64,000 nucleotides of DNA from Octopus vulgaris (lineage: Eukaryota), in assembly GCA_951406725.2 (NCBI GenBank), contig OX597831.1, positions 57,040,001 through 57,104,000 of the forward strand, in the 5' to 3' direction. The notes beneath the pieces were generated by a model. The model was given only the letters and a program-made list of their open reading frames with translations, was not told the DNA's origin and searched no databases. Made by a program: the position numbers and the translations under genes. Below are positions 14,380 through 28,947 of this stretch, piece after piece (within the stretch, counting starts at the first letter, position 1; each line of letters opens with the position of its first letter).

Positions 14380-15080
14380 AATAGTGATCTGATCAATAAG
14401 TATCCGGACTGTTGGCATAATTACGAACCTAACGCACACAATGTGAAGCCACTTGGCAAAGATTGACCTTGAACTCTGCTGTGTATGCGCGCTAAGTTTT
14501 AACGTTCTAGCTCACTTCCGCTGTTTACAGCAGTGCTTAGAAGGAAGGTGTGTAGCGTGTGATCGTTGCATTGACCGTGACAGAGAAAGTTGTTATGGCG
14601 ATACCTGCTCAGAGGCAGATGCAAAGTTGCAGAAAGTGTATGGAGGGGAGTGTACGAGTGGTTTAGACACCTCCAAGATGGCCGAAAAATATAGATATTG
14701 GCAAACGTTCTGGGAGACCCTTAATCAGCAGAACTGAGAAAAACATCGCAGATGTGCGTGCAGATGTGGGGGAAATTCGTCGAATCACCATTCGTGAGTT
14801 ATCAAAGGATGTGCAGATTAGTTACAGTTCAGTTCAGTTCATTATCACTGAAGATTTGGGTATGAGACGCGTGTCTGCCAAGTTTGTGCCAAAACCGATT
14901 TGTCTGACCAAAAAGACACTCGGGTTTCTGTTGCCCAAGGTCTCTTTGATTGTGTCGAGAACGATGAAAACTTTTCGGAAACTTTGCGTAGGCCTCCGAG
15001 CAGGTATCACCAAGCTTTTGGCAAAATTTGATGCAGATTCTCCGCTCAACTTTCTCTGTCATGCTTCAATCACACACTAG
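14380..15080. mobile_element. Rearranged mariner derivative with an inverted duplication of the transposase 5' end
   Basis: TIR-like ctgatcaataagtatccggac; + strand RRITIRELS..LGMRRVSAKFVPK; - strand MTEKVERRICIKFCQKLGDTCSEAYAK, whose sequence also occurs on + at about 14578-14630. Confidence 0.7.
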
Positions 15081-15488
15081 ACAATCACACACTAGACACG
15101 TTCCTTTCAAGCGAGTGTAGTGGAGCTGCAAGTTTTCGAAGCAATAGTCGGCAAATATTCTTGCTGATTTTTGAGATGACCACGTTTGCAGGGGAACTAA
15201 CCCCTACAGCAATATATGATGTTGGTGTTTTCTGTTCCAAGTAACTATATCTGGTTTCTTAAGTTTGTACTTGGTAGAAGTTTTGAGGAGAATGCCCCAC
15301 CAATATTCCTTGTGTGTATATATATATATGTGTATTGAGTGCCACAGGTGTTGTTTATATTTATAAAACAAAGTTATAAAGCAACAGTGAGAAAGTAGAA
15401 TCAGAAGGATACATACGTAATGTACGTACGAGTGTATGTATGTATGTATGTATGTATGTATGTATGTATGTATGTATGTATGTATGTA

Positions 15489-15541
<53 letters not shown>

Positions 15542-15731
15542 ATGCTAGTGTGTATGCATGTAGATATGTAGTCTACGACTGTAGCGAATATTCTTTTCTG
15601 ATTCATGTAAACTATGTAACATTACACACACACACATATATATATATTTAACAAAGTGGAGTTGTAGGGTACCGCACGAGTGGAATTATATACGAAAGAA
15701 GGTTTGAAAATGCAATTTAAAAGATGTTTAT

Positions 15732-15776
15732 TTACTTTACCAGTTTCACTCTTTGGAAAAAGTTTGTCAAAAGTAA
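15732..15776 (-). ncRNA. Minimal hammerhead-like motif, U3-A8 core variant
   Basis: Minus strand TTACTT-TTGACAA-ACTTTT(TCCA)AAGAGT-GAAAC-TG-GTA-AAGTAA; 6-bp stem I; followed by AATAAA and then a TA tract. Confidence 0.5.
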
Positions 15777-16410
15777 CATGTAGAAGTTTGGTTCCGTTAA
15801 TTATTGGTTGTTACAAATTGCTACATTACATATTCAGTCTTTGGTAACAGGGACATGTTAAGGACATAAAAAAGTTCAACAAGTTCCTTAAAATATTGGG
15901 CACAAAAGATTACTACATAAATAATCGTTCTCAAGGACATGCTTAAGATAGTTTCCAGAATGAATTGATATTGGTATTGGTATTGTATCTGTATATTCAA
16001 ATATGCACAGAATATTGGTTGACACAGAGTACTACAATCCATATAAATATACATTCTTTGATGACAAGAGCATGTTGAGAATATAAAAAGTTTAACAAGC
16101 TCATTGAAATATTGGGCACAAAAGATTACAACAAATATATTATACATTCTCAAGATAATTTCCAGAAGGAATTATTCAAAAAGTTCAGTAAATATTGGTA
16201 TACACGTACAGAATATTATGAGTTCAAAAAGGTTTACATTATAATAGTAGTGAAGCTAAAACTGACCTGTCCACCATGTTAACGTAAAAGAATATTATCT
16301 ATTTCAAGGGACACAGTAGGTGTGTTTGGTTGGGGGAAAGGAGGAGTAATGTGGAACTGAAAAGAATTAATCCTTTTTGTCTCTCCTTCAAGTATCAATG
16401 ATTTAGGGGT

Positions 16411-16833
16411 CAGGATGGGGTGAGTGTGTGTGTCTTTGTGTGTGTGTGTATATACATATGTGGTGAGAATAGATGTGGCTGTGTGTTTGTAAGATCTGGT
16501 AGGATGGTGTGTGTATATGTGTGTCCGTTTGTCAACCGCGTGTGTGGTTTTCTTGGTGTTGTGTGTGTGTGTGTATGTATGTATGTGTGTGTGTGTATGT
16601 ATGTATGTGTGTGGATGGCATTTGGCATGGTGCTGCGTGTGTATATGTGTGTCTGTATGGAGGTCAGAATGGTGTGAGTGTGTGTGTCTTTGTGTGTGTG
16701 TATATATATGTATACATGTGTTTGTGTGTGTGTGGGGGGCTGTTTTTGATTGGTTCCAGGGTCCATTGTGGTGTAAATAGATGTGTGTTATTTAAATAAT
16801 CTTTTTGGTAGGATGGTGTGTGTATATGTGTGC

Positions 16834-16869
<36 letters not shown>

Positions 16870-17270
16870 TTAGTATTTATTAGTGCGTTGCGTGTGCGTT
16901 AGCGTGTATGTGTTTGTTCGTATGTGTGTCCATGTCTGTTGGGTGTATCTGTGTGGCATGTGTGTGTATATGCGTTTTGCGTGTGTTGGTATTGAGTATG
17001 TGTTTGTGTGTGTGCGTATATATGGTGTGGGTGTATGTGTCTTTGTGTGTGTATATATATATGTATACATGTGTTTGTGTGTGTGTGGGGGCTGTTTTTG
17101 TATGGTCCCTGGGTCCATTGTGGTGTAAATAGATGTGTGTTTTTTTTAGAAATTTGGTAGGATGGTGTGTGTATATGTGTGCCCGTTTGTCAACCGTGTG
17201 TGTGATTGTCTTGGTGTTGCGTGTGTGTGTGTGTGTATGTATGTATGTGTGTGGATGGCATTTGGCACAT
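16411..17270. repeat. Degenerate TG-rich direct duplications
   Basis: Blocks such as gggtccattgtggtgtaaatagatgtgtg, ggtaggatggtgtgtgtatatgtgtg and ggatggcatttggca recur 2-3 times. Confidence 0.7.
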
Positions 17271-17588
17271 ATATATATATATATGTATATATATGAATAT
17301 TTATATATATACATATACATACGTATGTATGGTTAACTGTAGGTACATGTATGAGCGTGTGCGTTTGTATGCATGTACACGCACACACAAAAGGACAGAT
17401 ATCATGAAAAGAAAAAAATATCAAGACAACTTCATTATCAGTAACCGCAAAAAGAACAACAATAATAACAATGACAACAGCAATTCTCGTGCTAGTCGTG
17501 ATACATGACAGCCTCTGGCATAACTTCCAGCCATCTCTCGTATAATCCTCCAAAAAAATTTTGCTTCTGATTTTTTACATTCTCCACC

Positions 17589-17633
<45 letters not shown>

Positions 17634-18911
17634 GTCATCGTCGTCGTCATCCTTATCATCATCATCTCCGTCGTCGTCGTCATCATCGTCATCATCAACA
17701 TCATCACCACCACCACATTACTTCCAAAGTCACTAGCACGACACAACCATCATGACCATCATCACCACCACCAAAGCTGGCGCCGCCACAGGCATGTACG
17801 ACGACGACGACGACCACCACCACCACCACCACCAATACCGCCACCGCAAATTATTCGTAGCTCGAAGCATCGTCTAATCAACAGCGCAACCACAACAGCC
17901 TTTGAGGCTGTGAATCTATGCTCTACTGTTATTGATGCGGCACCATCTCTATCTATCTACCCCTTCCGATATGACATTACACCCGACACCCCGACACCAT
18001 CTTTTCACTCGATATCACATTGAACCCAACACTATATTACACCCGATACATCCTCCTGACCACTACGCCCGACAGAAGCAGCAGCTCCACCACCACCACC
18101 ACCACCACCACCACCAATAACATCAGTAATACAACCACCGCCGCAACCACTATTACCATCGCCCCCGACGCTTCAACACCTCGTCACGATACAACGCATC
18201 ATCGTCACGTCCATAATACCCATCTCGTAATCACTCCGGCAACACATTACGCCTGACATAAGAACATATTCGCCGCCACAACATCCACGATATCACAACA
18301 TACCTGACAACCAACCGCCATCACCATATCGATAAAAGATACTATCTTTTATCTCTGACTTGTTTCAGCAATTAGACTGCCGCCATGCTGGAGCACGGCC
18401 TTGATGAATTTTAGTCAAACGAATCGAACCCAGTACATATTTTTCTTTTTTCTTTAAGCTGGTACTTATCCTATCGGTGTCTTTTGCCGAACTGCTAAGT
18501 TACAGGGACATAAACACACCAACAACGGTTGTCAAACAGTGGTGAGAAACAAACACGGATACGGACACATGCACACACATATGTATTCGACGGGCTTCTT
18601 TCAATTTCCGCGTACCAAACCCACTCACAAGGCTTTGATCAGTCCGAGGCTAAAATAATAGAAGACACTTGACTAAGGTGTCACGTAGTGGGACTGAACC
18701 CGGAAACATGTGGTTCGGAAGCAAACTTCTTACGAAACAACCACGTCTGCGCCTATACCACACAGCCACCCCTGCATGACTTTGCTATCATATAAGCTCG
18801 CCCCGCTGTCAGAACATCCCTTAACCATCACATCACTTTTCTATCATTTCATCCAACCCTCGTCACTGCATTTCATTGTGAAATTGCAAGGAATAATTAA
18901 ATATGACTTAC

Positions 18912-18977
18912 CCTGAGCCCTTTTCTGAAAGTCTCTTCTCCCAAGAAAAACTTCATCATACGTATGACGGAGGCACC
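18912..18977 (-). CDS. M1 aminopeptidase internal exon g
   Basis: cttttatag|...|gtaagt; encodes GASVIRMMKFFLGEETFRKGLR, continuing SYAK-G; 66 bp. Confidence 0.93.
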
Positions 18978-19809
18978 CTATAAAAGATGAAAAATCATTT
19001 TAAAATAGATTTACAAATTCAGTTTAGTTTGTTAATATGCGAAGAAGCGAATACGTCTTCGAAGAGAAATAAGAAAAGTTTGAGTGACCTCTGGTTTATT
19101 TCTATTAGAAAATTTAGTTTTTTTTTTGCGTATGTCATTCAGTATATCAGCTTGTTTTAAGAGCGACAACACCACCGCCACCAGTACTACCACGACCATG
19201 TCCCCCTACCACCAACAACAGTGGAGGCTCAATGGCCCAGTGGTTAGGGCAGCAGACTCGCTGTCGTAAGAACGCGGTTTCGATTCCCAGACCGGGCATT
19301 GTGAGTGTTTATTTAGCAAATACACCTAAGCTCCACGAAGCTCCGGCAGGGTGGGGTGGGGTGTGAACCCCGCTTTACTCTTTTACCACAACTTTCTCTT
19401 ACACTTTCTTCCTACTTCTGCTACAAAGCAGAGGAACCATGGTGTAACCCACTATGGTGTGGTAGACTTTCAGACCCTAGTCTAGATTGCGAATCCTCTG
19501 TACCCCAGGAAGGTTCAGCTCTCCACCCGTTAAAAAAAAGCCACCGTTTAAGGAATGAGGATAACAACGTAGGAGTCTATCGCGTGTGATCGGTGGATCT
19601 TCAAGTTGCCACACGCATTCTTGGTAGCTTAGAGTAGGCTCGAATTAGGGATTATTCTTTGTGGTCAATGGCGTGTGTCCTGATTGGAAGAAGAAGAAGA
19701 AGAAGAAGAAGAAGAAGAAGAAGAAGAAGAAGAAGAAGAAGAAGAAGAAGAAGAAGAAGACAACAACAACAACAAAACAAGTGACAACAATAACTTCAAA
19801 AATCATTAC

Positions 19810-19944
19810 TTTTGCATAAGATATACTGTCGAATATTTCTTGTATTTCATCTGGGTTATTCACAGTTTCGTACACTGGATGAGATGAAGCTAAGCCATCT
19901 GTCTCCATGACACCTTGCAGTTCATTGAAAATAAATTGTTGGAA
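19810..19944 (-). CDS. M1 aminopeptidase internal exon f
   Basis: atttacag|...|gtaatg; encodes FQQFIFNELQGVMETDGLASSHPVYETVNNPDEIQEIFDSISYAK (SHP..FD.ISY.K with catalytic Tyr); 135 bp. Confidence 0.95.
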
Positions 19945-19985
19945 CTGTAAATAGAAAACAGATACTGGCGTTAGATTTATCAAAA

Positions 19986-20503
19986 CCGTAAATCCTCGAA
20001 TATAATCCGCATTTTTTCCCCAAAATTTAAAGGTCAAAATCCCTCGTACTATATACGAGGTTTAAAAATGAAAAATATTTTCTAAGCAATGTCCGAGTCT
20101 CTATTTGCTGCCCAGCAATGTTTATTCAGACGCATTTTGTGATGTCGGGCGCGAAAATACGTTAAGCTAAGCCTAAAAGCAACGAAGTCATAAAAGAATC
20201 ATCCATAACTTGCAGTAAGCAACATTTATTAAAATAAATGTATTCAGAACACAGAATAACATATAGCAAAAACAATTTGCAAACATATTTACATTCGCAT
20301 ATAACTGGTAAGAACATTACCATTATTGTATCACGCATGCACGGAAGTGTTTATTCGACTAGGTGCTACTGGTTTAATTACGCACGACTCAAGTTAGAGA
20401 AGAGGTGCGTATTATACTCAAGGTTTAGGTTTTTCAGAGGTACACCCCCTAAACACCCCCTGCGTATTATACTCAAGGGCGGACTATACTCGAGGATTTA
20501 CGG
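19986..20503. mobile_element. pogo/Tigger-type MITE
   Basis: TIRs ccgtaaatcctcgaatataatccgc / gcggactatactcgaggatttacgg with TA at the right end; a solo end of the same family lies at about 41604-41670. Confidence 0.8.
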
Positions 20504-20954
20504 TATGTTTAATTATACTTTGTAACATGACTTTTGTCCTTGGGTAGCAACTGTTATTTCCTATTCTTTTACCCCTAGAAAGTTTTTAAAATGGCTAATA
20601 TTTCCTTCTAACATTGTTTTTTCTTACATTTATTCAACACCCCGCCCAAATCCTTTTCAACATAGCTATGATGTTCCCCCATTACTCTTGCTCATGAGCA
20701 GAGCTGCGCATATTGTCAGCTACTAAGGGACATGCTCAAGTGGCTATGGCTAAATAACTGACAAGCAAATCTGTGGTATCGAGCAGAATATTTGCTACAA
20801 CAATATCCCTGCTTCAGCAACTTAGCACTGAATCTCTGAAACGTAATGGAAAATAGATCAGTTTTAAAACATTGATGTCCGGGTCAATAAAAGCAAAGTT
20901 TGAAGGGAATAGTAGTCATTTCCTTTGATTTCTAGATGGAAGCTAATCTTAAAG

Positions 20955-21272
20955 ACTCCGCCGGTTACGACGACGAGGGTCCCAGCTGATACGATCAACG
21001 GAACAGCTTGTTCGTGAAATTAACGTGCAAATGGCTGAGCATTCCACAGACACGTGTACCCTTAACGTAGTTCTCGGGGATAATCAGCGTGACACAGAGA
21101 GTGACAAGGCTGACCCTTTGAAATACAAGTACAACTCATTTTTGCCAGCTGAGTGGACTGGAGCAACGTGAAATAAAGTGTCTTGCTCAAGGACACAACG
21201 CGTCGCCGGGAATCGAACTCACAACCTTACGATCATGAGCCGAATGCCCTAACCACTAAGCCACGCGCCCTC
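20955..21272 (-). mobile_element. tRNA-headed SINE family C
   Basis: Minus strand ggcgcgtggcttagtggttagg...gagttcgattcccggcg (A/B boxes). Related heads at about 4405-4585, 19222-19420, 35085-35315. Confidence 0.75.
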
Positions 21273-21764
21273 ACTATATGGAAGCTAATAGAAAAGAGCA
21301 CTTACTGACCAAAGACAAAAAAAAGAAAGAAAAAAAATTTGTTACACAATGTTATCGGTTTATTTCGACCAGGCATACGAATAACTAATTTATAGTTTAT
21401 AAGAAAGGATTACAGTCGATGGAACTACTTGTGATTCTTCCAGGTTAGGTGACTACTGGGTAGATTAACAGCTCTGTCGCCTTAGATCAGAGGGCAAAAC
21501 AAATCCGTTTAACTCGAGCAATAGATGCTCTTTGCTTCTTTTAAAGACTAAGCTTTCTAGTCAAGACACTCCCAGGGATGCTGGAATGCACTCTGAACTA
21601 CATCAGGACATGAAGAATAAGATATTTTTCATATAGAAAGAGTGGCACTTCCACGAGTGACGCAGCTAAAATATATACCGCACGGGGTAGCCCATGTGTT
21701 TGCCACCCCGGGCTCCCAAGCCTGTATAGATATCATTACCAAGTCGTATAGATTCAGAGGACTT

Positions 21765-22162
21765 GGCGGCGATCTGACAGAAACGTTAGCACGCCGGGCG
21801 AAATGCTTAGCGGTATTTCGTCAGCCGCTGCGTTCTGAGTTCAAATTCCGCCGAGGTCGACTTTGCCTTTCATCCTTTCGGGGTTGATAAATTAAGTACC
21901 AGTTACGCACTAAGGTCGATGTAATCGACTTAATCCGTTTGTCTGTCCTTGTTTGTCCTCTCTGTGTTTAGCCCCATGTGGGTAGTAAAGAAATAGGTAT
22001 TTCGTCGGCCGTTACGTTCTGAGTTCAAATTCCGTCGAGGTCGACTTTGCCTTTCATCCTTTCGGGGTTGATAAATTAAGTACCAGTTGCGTACTGGGTT
22101 TGATCCAATCGACTAGCCCCCTCCCACAAAATTTTGAACCTTGTGCCTTGAGTAGAAAAGAA
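21765..22162 (+). mobile_element. tRNA-derived SINE family A (with internal duplication)
   Basis: A/B-box-like head (ggcagaaacgttag / gagttcaaattcc). Other copies at about 32338, 32567, 33002, 41869, 42858, 43145, 44700(-), 51320(-), 58935. Confidence 0.8.
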
Positions 22163-22499
22163 TAGATTCACAGAGCCAGTTTCCCGGTTTAAGTGACGTA
22201 CTCTTCACCTAGATGTGAGGCCGGTCCGCCGCAGGATTATTCATTTTTGTCAGCTGAGTGAAGTGATTTGATCACATTCGTTGTGCACCAACTCAGACAT
22301 TGGGAAATTATATTGCAATGACTTTTAAGTCATCGAAGATGGTGGCTGGCCAACGATACATTTCTTATTTAGAATTTCGTCATACGCAGAGAAAGCGTGA
22401 CCGAGTGATTAAAGAATTCGTTTTGTAATCAAGTATTTCCTGGTTTTCTCCAAATGAACGACACGCATATGAATTAAATTGACCATCTCTCTTACAAAA

Positions 22500-23997
<1,498 letters not shown>

Positions 23998-24408
23998 CAT
24001 ATATTATTGATTTTGAAGAGGCTGAAAAGGAAGTCAGTATTGATGTAAAGGAATGGAACTGTAACGAAAGTATCACAAGGTAAGTTTTGTTCGACGAATC
24101 GATTTTATTTGGTAATTCGTCACCGAAACACAAGTGCGCAGACACAGACACAAACTCACATACGTGCACGCATACATACATACATACATACATACATACA
24201 TACATACATACATACATACATACATACATACATACATAAATACTTAGGCGTAGCTGCATACATATGTATGTATGTATGTGCACATAGATTTCTCTCTCTA
24301 TCTATATGTATGTTTGTATGTATATCTGTATGTCTGTATGTATGTAAGTATGTATCTATCTATCTGCTTACACACATTAAAGTACAAACACGTTTACATA
24401 TAAACATT

Positions 24409-24442
<34 letters not shown>

Positions 24443-24681
24443 ACTGTACGAATCATAAAACAAAAATACATATTTATTATCGTACTTACTCCGTCTCTTC
24501 ACGCCAAGGTCATCGTGCCTTTTATCCTTTTGGAAATTGATACAATAAGTATCAGACAATGTACTAGATCGATATAAAACATTGGAGAATGTGCCCCAGT
24601 ATGGCGCCAGTCCAATGAATAGATCAATATACGAATAAAGGAATTGAAAATAGTGTTGTGGAGACGAAGATTCATACTTAC

Positions 24682-24795
24682 CATCTTCCATTTGGGATAG
24701 ACAAAGTTGACTCCCATATATTCCACATAACTGGCAAATCCTTCGTTAAGCCAAAGATCATCCCACCAACGAGGGGTCACCAGGTTACCAAACCA
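24682..24795 (-). CDS. M1 aminopeptidase internal exon e (third zinc ligand)
   Basis: tctttaaag|...|gtaagt; encodes [38 protein letters not shown], completing HELAH-x18-E; 114 bp. Confidence 0.97.
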
Positions 24796-24929
24796 CTTTA
24801 AAGATAGAGAAAGACAAATAATAACAATTATACATACATATGTAAATACACTCAGAACACTCGCACTCATATATATATATATATAGTGTGAGAATTTACA
24901 AAAAAAAAACCCCACTAAGGCCAGTGTGT

Positions 24930-25285
24930 AAACCATGAGTTGAGACCGAGTCTCAAAGTCATGGTTGTCACTGCAGAGCCTGCGTAGAAGGAGGAATTGG
25001 AAATAGGGAATGGAGAGTTTGGTGTGTTTAGGGTGGGAGGAGGAGAAGTTGAGGTTTGTGTGTTTGCAGTAGATGGAGGTGGTGAGAGTGGAGTGATGAA
25101 TGCTGACCGAAATGTCGGGAAAGGCGACTGAGGTGTCGGAAATAGTGCAGGAGAAGTGGAGGGTAGATGGAAAGATTTGTCTAAAAAGAGGAACGAGTCT
25201 AGATGTTCGCGGGAGAGTGAGGTCGCACCGATACAGTCGTCAATATAACGACCGTATAGTTCAGGAGTGGGACCAGTGAAACTTC
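24930..25285 (-). mobile_element. Penelope-like element reverse transcriptase fragment
   Basis: Minus strand reads [27 protein letters not shown] ... SIPY(F)[18 protein letters not shown]. Confidence 0.75.
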
Positions 25286-25392
25286 ATAGATACTAACAAT
25301 CTTTTTTAAAATTATATATATATGTATATAATTTTTTTTCAGAATGAGATAAAAAAACAAGGGTGTGAAGATTTTAGAAGATTTATAAATAG

Positions 25393-25440
25393 GTCTTACA
25401 GCTGTTTCCAGGATATTTATTATATCCCTTCATTGGAGAC
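25393..25440 (-). ncRNA. Penelope-type minimal hammerhead motif, same family as 8923-8974 (G5A core mutation)
   Basis: Minus strand GTCT-CCAATGA-AGGGATAT(AATAA)ATATCCTG-GAAAC-AGCT-GTA-AGAC. Confidence 0.5.
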
Positions 25441-26315
25441 GGTGTTTGAAAATGGTTAAGAAATAGTTAATTTAGATAAGATACGAAATTGAGAGTGAAG
25501 TGGAAGAATGAAAATTGATGCGAGATATGCAGGGATATTGCATTTGTAGATCCATTATTTAGCCAGAATAGTATACATATAAGATTCCAATACCTTGTGA
25601 GTAAAATCCAATGTATATATATATTGGGATGGATGCAGTCTATTTCTATTGAAACAATGAATAATAATGTAAATCAATTGTTGTTAATCAGTACTTCTCC
25701 ATTTTCTGTTTTCTTTAAATTTTGATTCTTGATAACCTCATGTTTATCCTTGTATTTACCTATAATTTTATAAGCATAATATGCTTGCATATGTATGTTC
25801 ATTGTTAAACATAGATAATATACCGGTTGTGTAATGGATACTTCTATTCCTTAGATGGTTATTTTAAACTCTAACTTGATCATATAGAACTGTGATCAAA
25901 GATATCCCACCTACCAACATGTTGTTTAAGAGTATATCAACCAATGTTCTTGATTTATTTATAGCGAGGATTTATTAATGCGATAATTCACCGTTTGCAT
26001 AGTTTCTAGTCGCCAATTAATATTTCAAAATTAGCTTTTTGGACTCTCTCTATATTGCACGAATGGTCTCTGGCGTCCAAGTGCATAAATTCGAGCTATC
26101 GCTCGAAAAGGAATGAAAGATAGAAAGAGACGTATGCAATGAAATTAATAATAGAAACACAATCTCTTCAACGTTCGTTTGCCACACTTTTCGGTGTTAG
26201 CAGCTTAAAATAAGCTCCCATGTTTCTAATGTTAAAATTACTTGATCCTAACTAACGGATACCTACACTTCCTCCGCAAAATGCTTTTTCTCTGTGGAAT
26301 GAAAATACAGTTTAC

Positions 26316-26470
26316 CTGATGAGCAAGTTCATGTGAAACGACAACAGCAACCCTTTGCTTGTTCATGATAGAGGATGCCTCCGGATCGTAAAGCATAGCC
26401 GTTTCTCTATAGGTTATCAAACCCCAGTTCTCCATGGCACCGGCAGCAAAATCAGGAATTGCAATCATGT
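26316..26470 (-). CDS. M1 aminopeptidase internal exon d (GAMEN and HEXXH)
   Basis: tttttcag|...|gtaaac; encodes [52 protein letters not shown]; 155 bp, phase 1 to 0. Confidence 0.97.
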
Positions 26471-26734
26471 CTGAAAAATAAAAGCAAGACAGGTGACCCG
26501 TGAAAGGTTAACGTTTATTTTTTTATTTTTTATCTTTTGTTTGCTTCACTTATTGGACTACAGGCATTGCTGGGGCACTACCTTTAGAAGTATCAGTGGA
26601 ACGAATTGACCTCAGTACGTATTTGTTAAGGTCTGGTACATACACTGTCTTTTTTTCGAACTGCAAATTATTAGGATGTAAACAAACCATCACCGGTTGT
26701 TAAGCGACAGTGGGAGATAAACACAAACCCAAAG

Positions 26735-26769
<35 letters not shown>

Positions 26770-26854
26770 CATACACCCACGCGCTAAGCATTTTGTCCGA
26801 TGTGCTAACGATTCTGCTTCCTCGCCGCCTTAACAATAATGATAACAATAGAGA

Positions 26855-26913
<59 letters not shown>

Positions 26914-26971
26914 CATCATTATCATCATCATCACGGACTCTCCCGTCGTTAGAGAATCATGACTCCCTTCC

Positions 26972-28530
26972 TGTGAAAATGGATTAGCCCAACTCGGATA
27001 AGTAGCAGGGTGTTTGACTGAAAGGAGAGATAAGAAATAGCAGAAAGTCGAAAGGTGTCGTTCGTGAGATCGTGGAGTCGCAGGAAATCGTTGAGAAGTT
27101 GTTATAGTTCGTTGAGAGTTGTTTTTGGATTGGTTACCGTAGTAGGCAGAATATTTGGGAATACATTAAGTGGAGACAGCTGATGTCTACCACGTTCTGT
27201 GGTGCTATATATCATACTGTATTAGTGCACGACATTAAGGTGATGTATACAGAAATCACATTATAAAAGTGGCGACGAGTGATTCGAAACTTAATGTTGA
27301 TCGTTAACAAATGCAAAAAATTCGTTAATTTTGGAAGACCTATTAACTGGCATAGTAGAGTTGCAAAAGCAAAAGCAACAGCAACAGCAGTAACAGGAGT
27401 TGCACGAACAACTACAACAGCAACAAGTACAACACAATCAGTTGCCTGGAACTGATGTTGAAGTCGGGAAACACCGCGAGTTCGTTTTCGCTAGACGGCG
27501 TAGCGAATGCTACAACTGAATTTAGTTGTAACCCAGAAGACAGTATAACGTTTTCGACGTACTTCAGAAGATACGAAGAAATCTTCAAGAAAGAATACAA
27601 GCGTTGGACAGACGATGAAAAAGTGAGACTACTGTTACGGAAACTAAATTCTTCAGAACACGAAAAAATGCTGCAATTTTATCTTGCCTAAAAAAACAAG
27701 TGAAATTTGTTTCGCGGAGACCTCTCCATAAATCTGTTCTGTAGAAACATAAATGATTGTTCCTCCAGTAAGAATAAGGCGTCAGATGAATTGAAGAAAA
27801 AATTTTAAAATACTTTTCCTGAAGTGTTGTCGGATAAATTAGGTTTGTGTACTTAGACTGGAGCATGTTTCCAACTTAAGAAAAACGCAATACCAGTGTT
27901 CAAACCAAAAAGAACGGTACCTTTTGCTGTGATAAAACATGTCGATGAAGAATTAGACAGATTAGAGAAAACTGGATTCATCCAAAAAGTGGAATAAGCA
28001 AAATGGACAGATCCAATAACAAAATCAGGGTGTTTGCCGATTTTCCCACTGGCTTTAATGAATGTCTATAAACGCGTCACTATACGATATTCCGGAGGAT
28101 ATTTTTGCGAAGTTAAACGGGAGCAAGATGTGTTCAAAACTGGATCTCTCCGATGCGTACCTACAAATTAGAGTGGACGTGGAATGCTCAAAATACCTAA
28201 TAGTGAATACGCATAATGGACTATATAAATATAGTAGATTACCATTTGGTCTAAAGGTTGCTCCTGCAATTTTTCAACAGGTTATGGATGCAATGTTAGC
28301 GAACTGTGGATTCGCAATTCCATACCTGAGTTACATATTAATTAAAAGTGAATCTCGTGATCAGCATGTCCAGCATGTAAAATGTGTTTGTGAAAAAAAT
28401 AAGAGATTACGGTTTCACACTGAGTGATGAAAAATGTGAATTTTTCTTCCCTAAAATTAAGTATTTAGGATAAATTATCAACAGGAATAGACGACGACCG
28501 GGCCCGTCGGGGGCAGACGCAATTAAGTCT
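26972..28530 (+). mobile_element. Ty3/gypsy LTR retrotransposon remnant (putative 5' LTR about 26972-27265, PBS, gag, RT)
   Basis: TGGCGACGAG PBS-like site at about 27270; gag-like FSTYFRRYEEIF..WTDDEKVRLLLRKL; RT SKLDLSDAYLQI..NTHNGLYKYSRLPFGLKVAPAIFQQVMD; YLDD decayed; many stops. Confidence 0.85.
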
Positions 28531-28916
28531 GAGTAAATGCTTACCCAGCATCAGTCATTTTCTCTTTTACTCTTCTTGAATTCTAAAAGCGTGATATGTA
28601 TCGAACAATCTGAAATTGCCCAGGGCCCCGAATTAAGGGGGATCTCAAAAGTGCGGGACAAGTTCCACCCAGAAATGAGAATTAAACGAAACGTTTTGCA
28701 AAGGTACAATGTGATAAACAATACAGTTACTTTTTTTCAGTGTTTCGGATGGAATGGAGTGCTTTTTTCTTGTTCGAGGAAAGCGTGTGCAGGCATGGCT
28801 GTGTAGTTAAAAAGCTTGTTCCTCTGTGCAGCACCTTGAGCAAGTGTGCTCTACTATACCCTTAGGTCAATCGAAATTTTGCAGAGTGAATTTGGCAGAC
28901 GGAAACTGAAATATAC

Positions 28917-28947
<31 letters not shown>

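Noticed and set aside
21195-21272. tRNA gene
   Set aside because: The tRNA-like head continues into a SINE body and recurs in degenerate copies; no complete cloverleaf confirmed.
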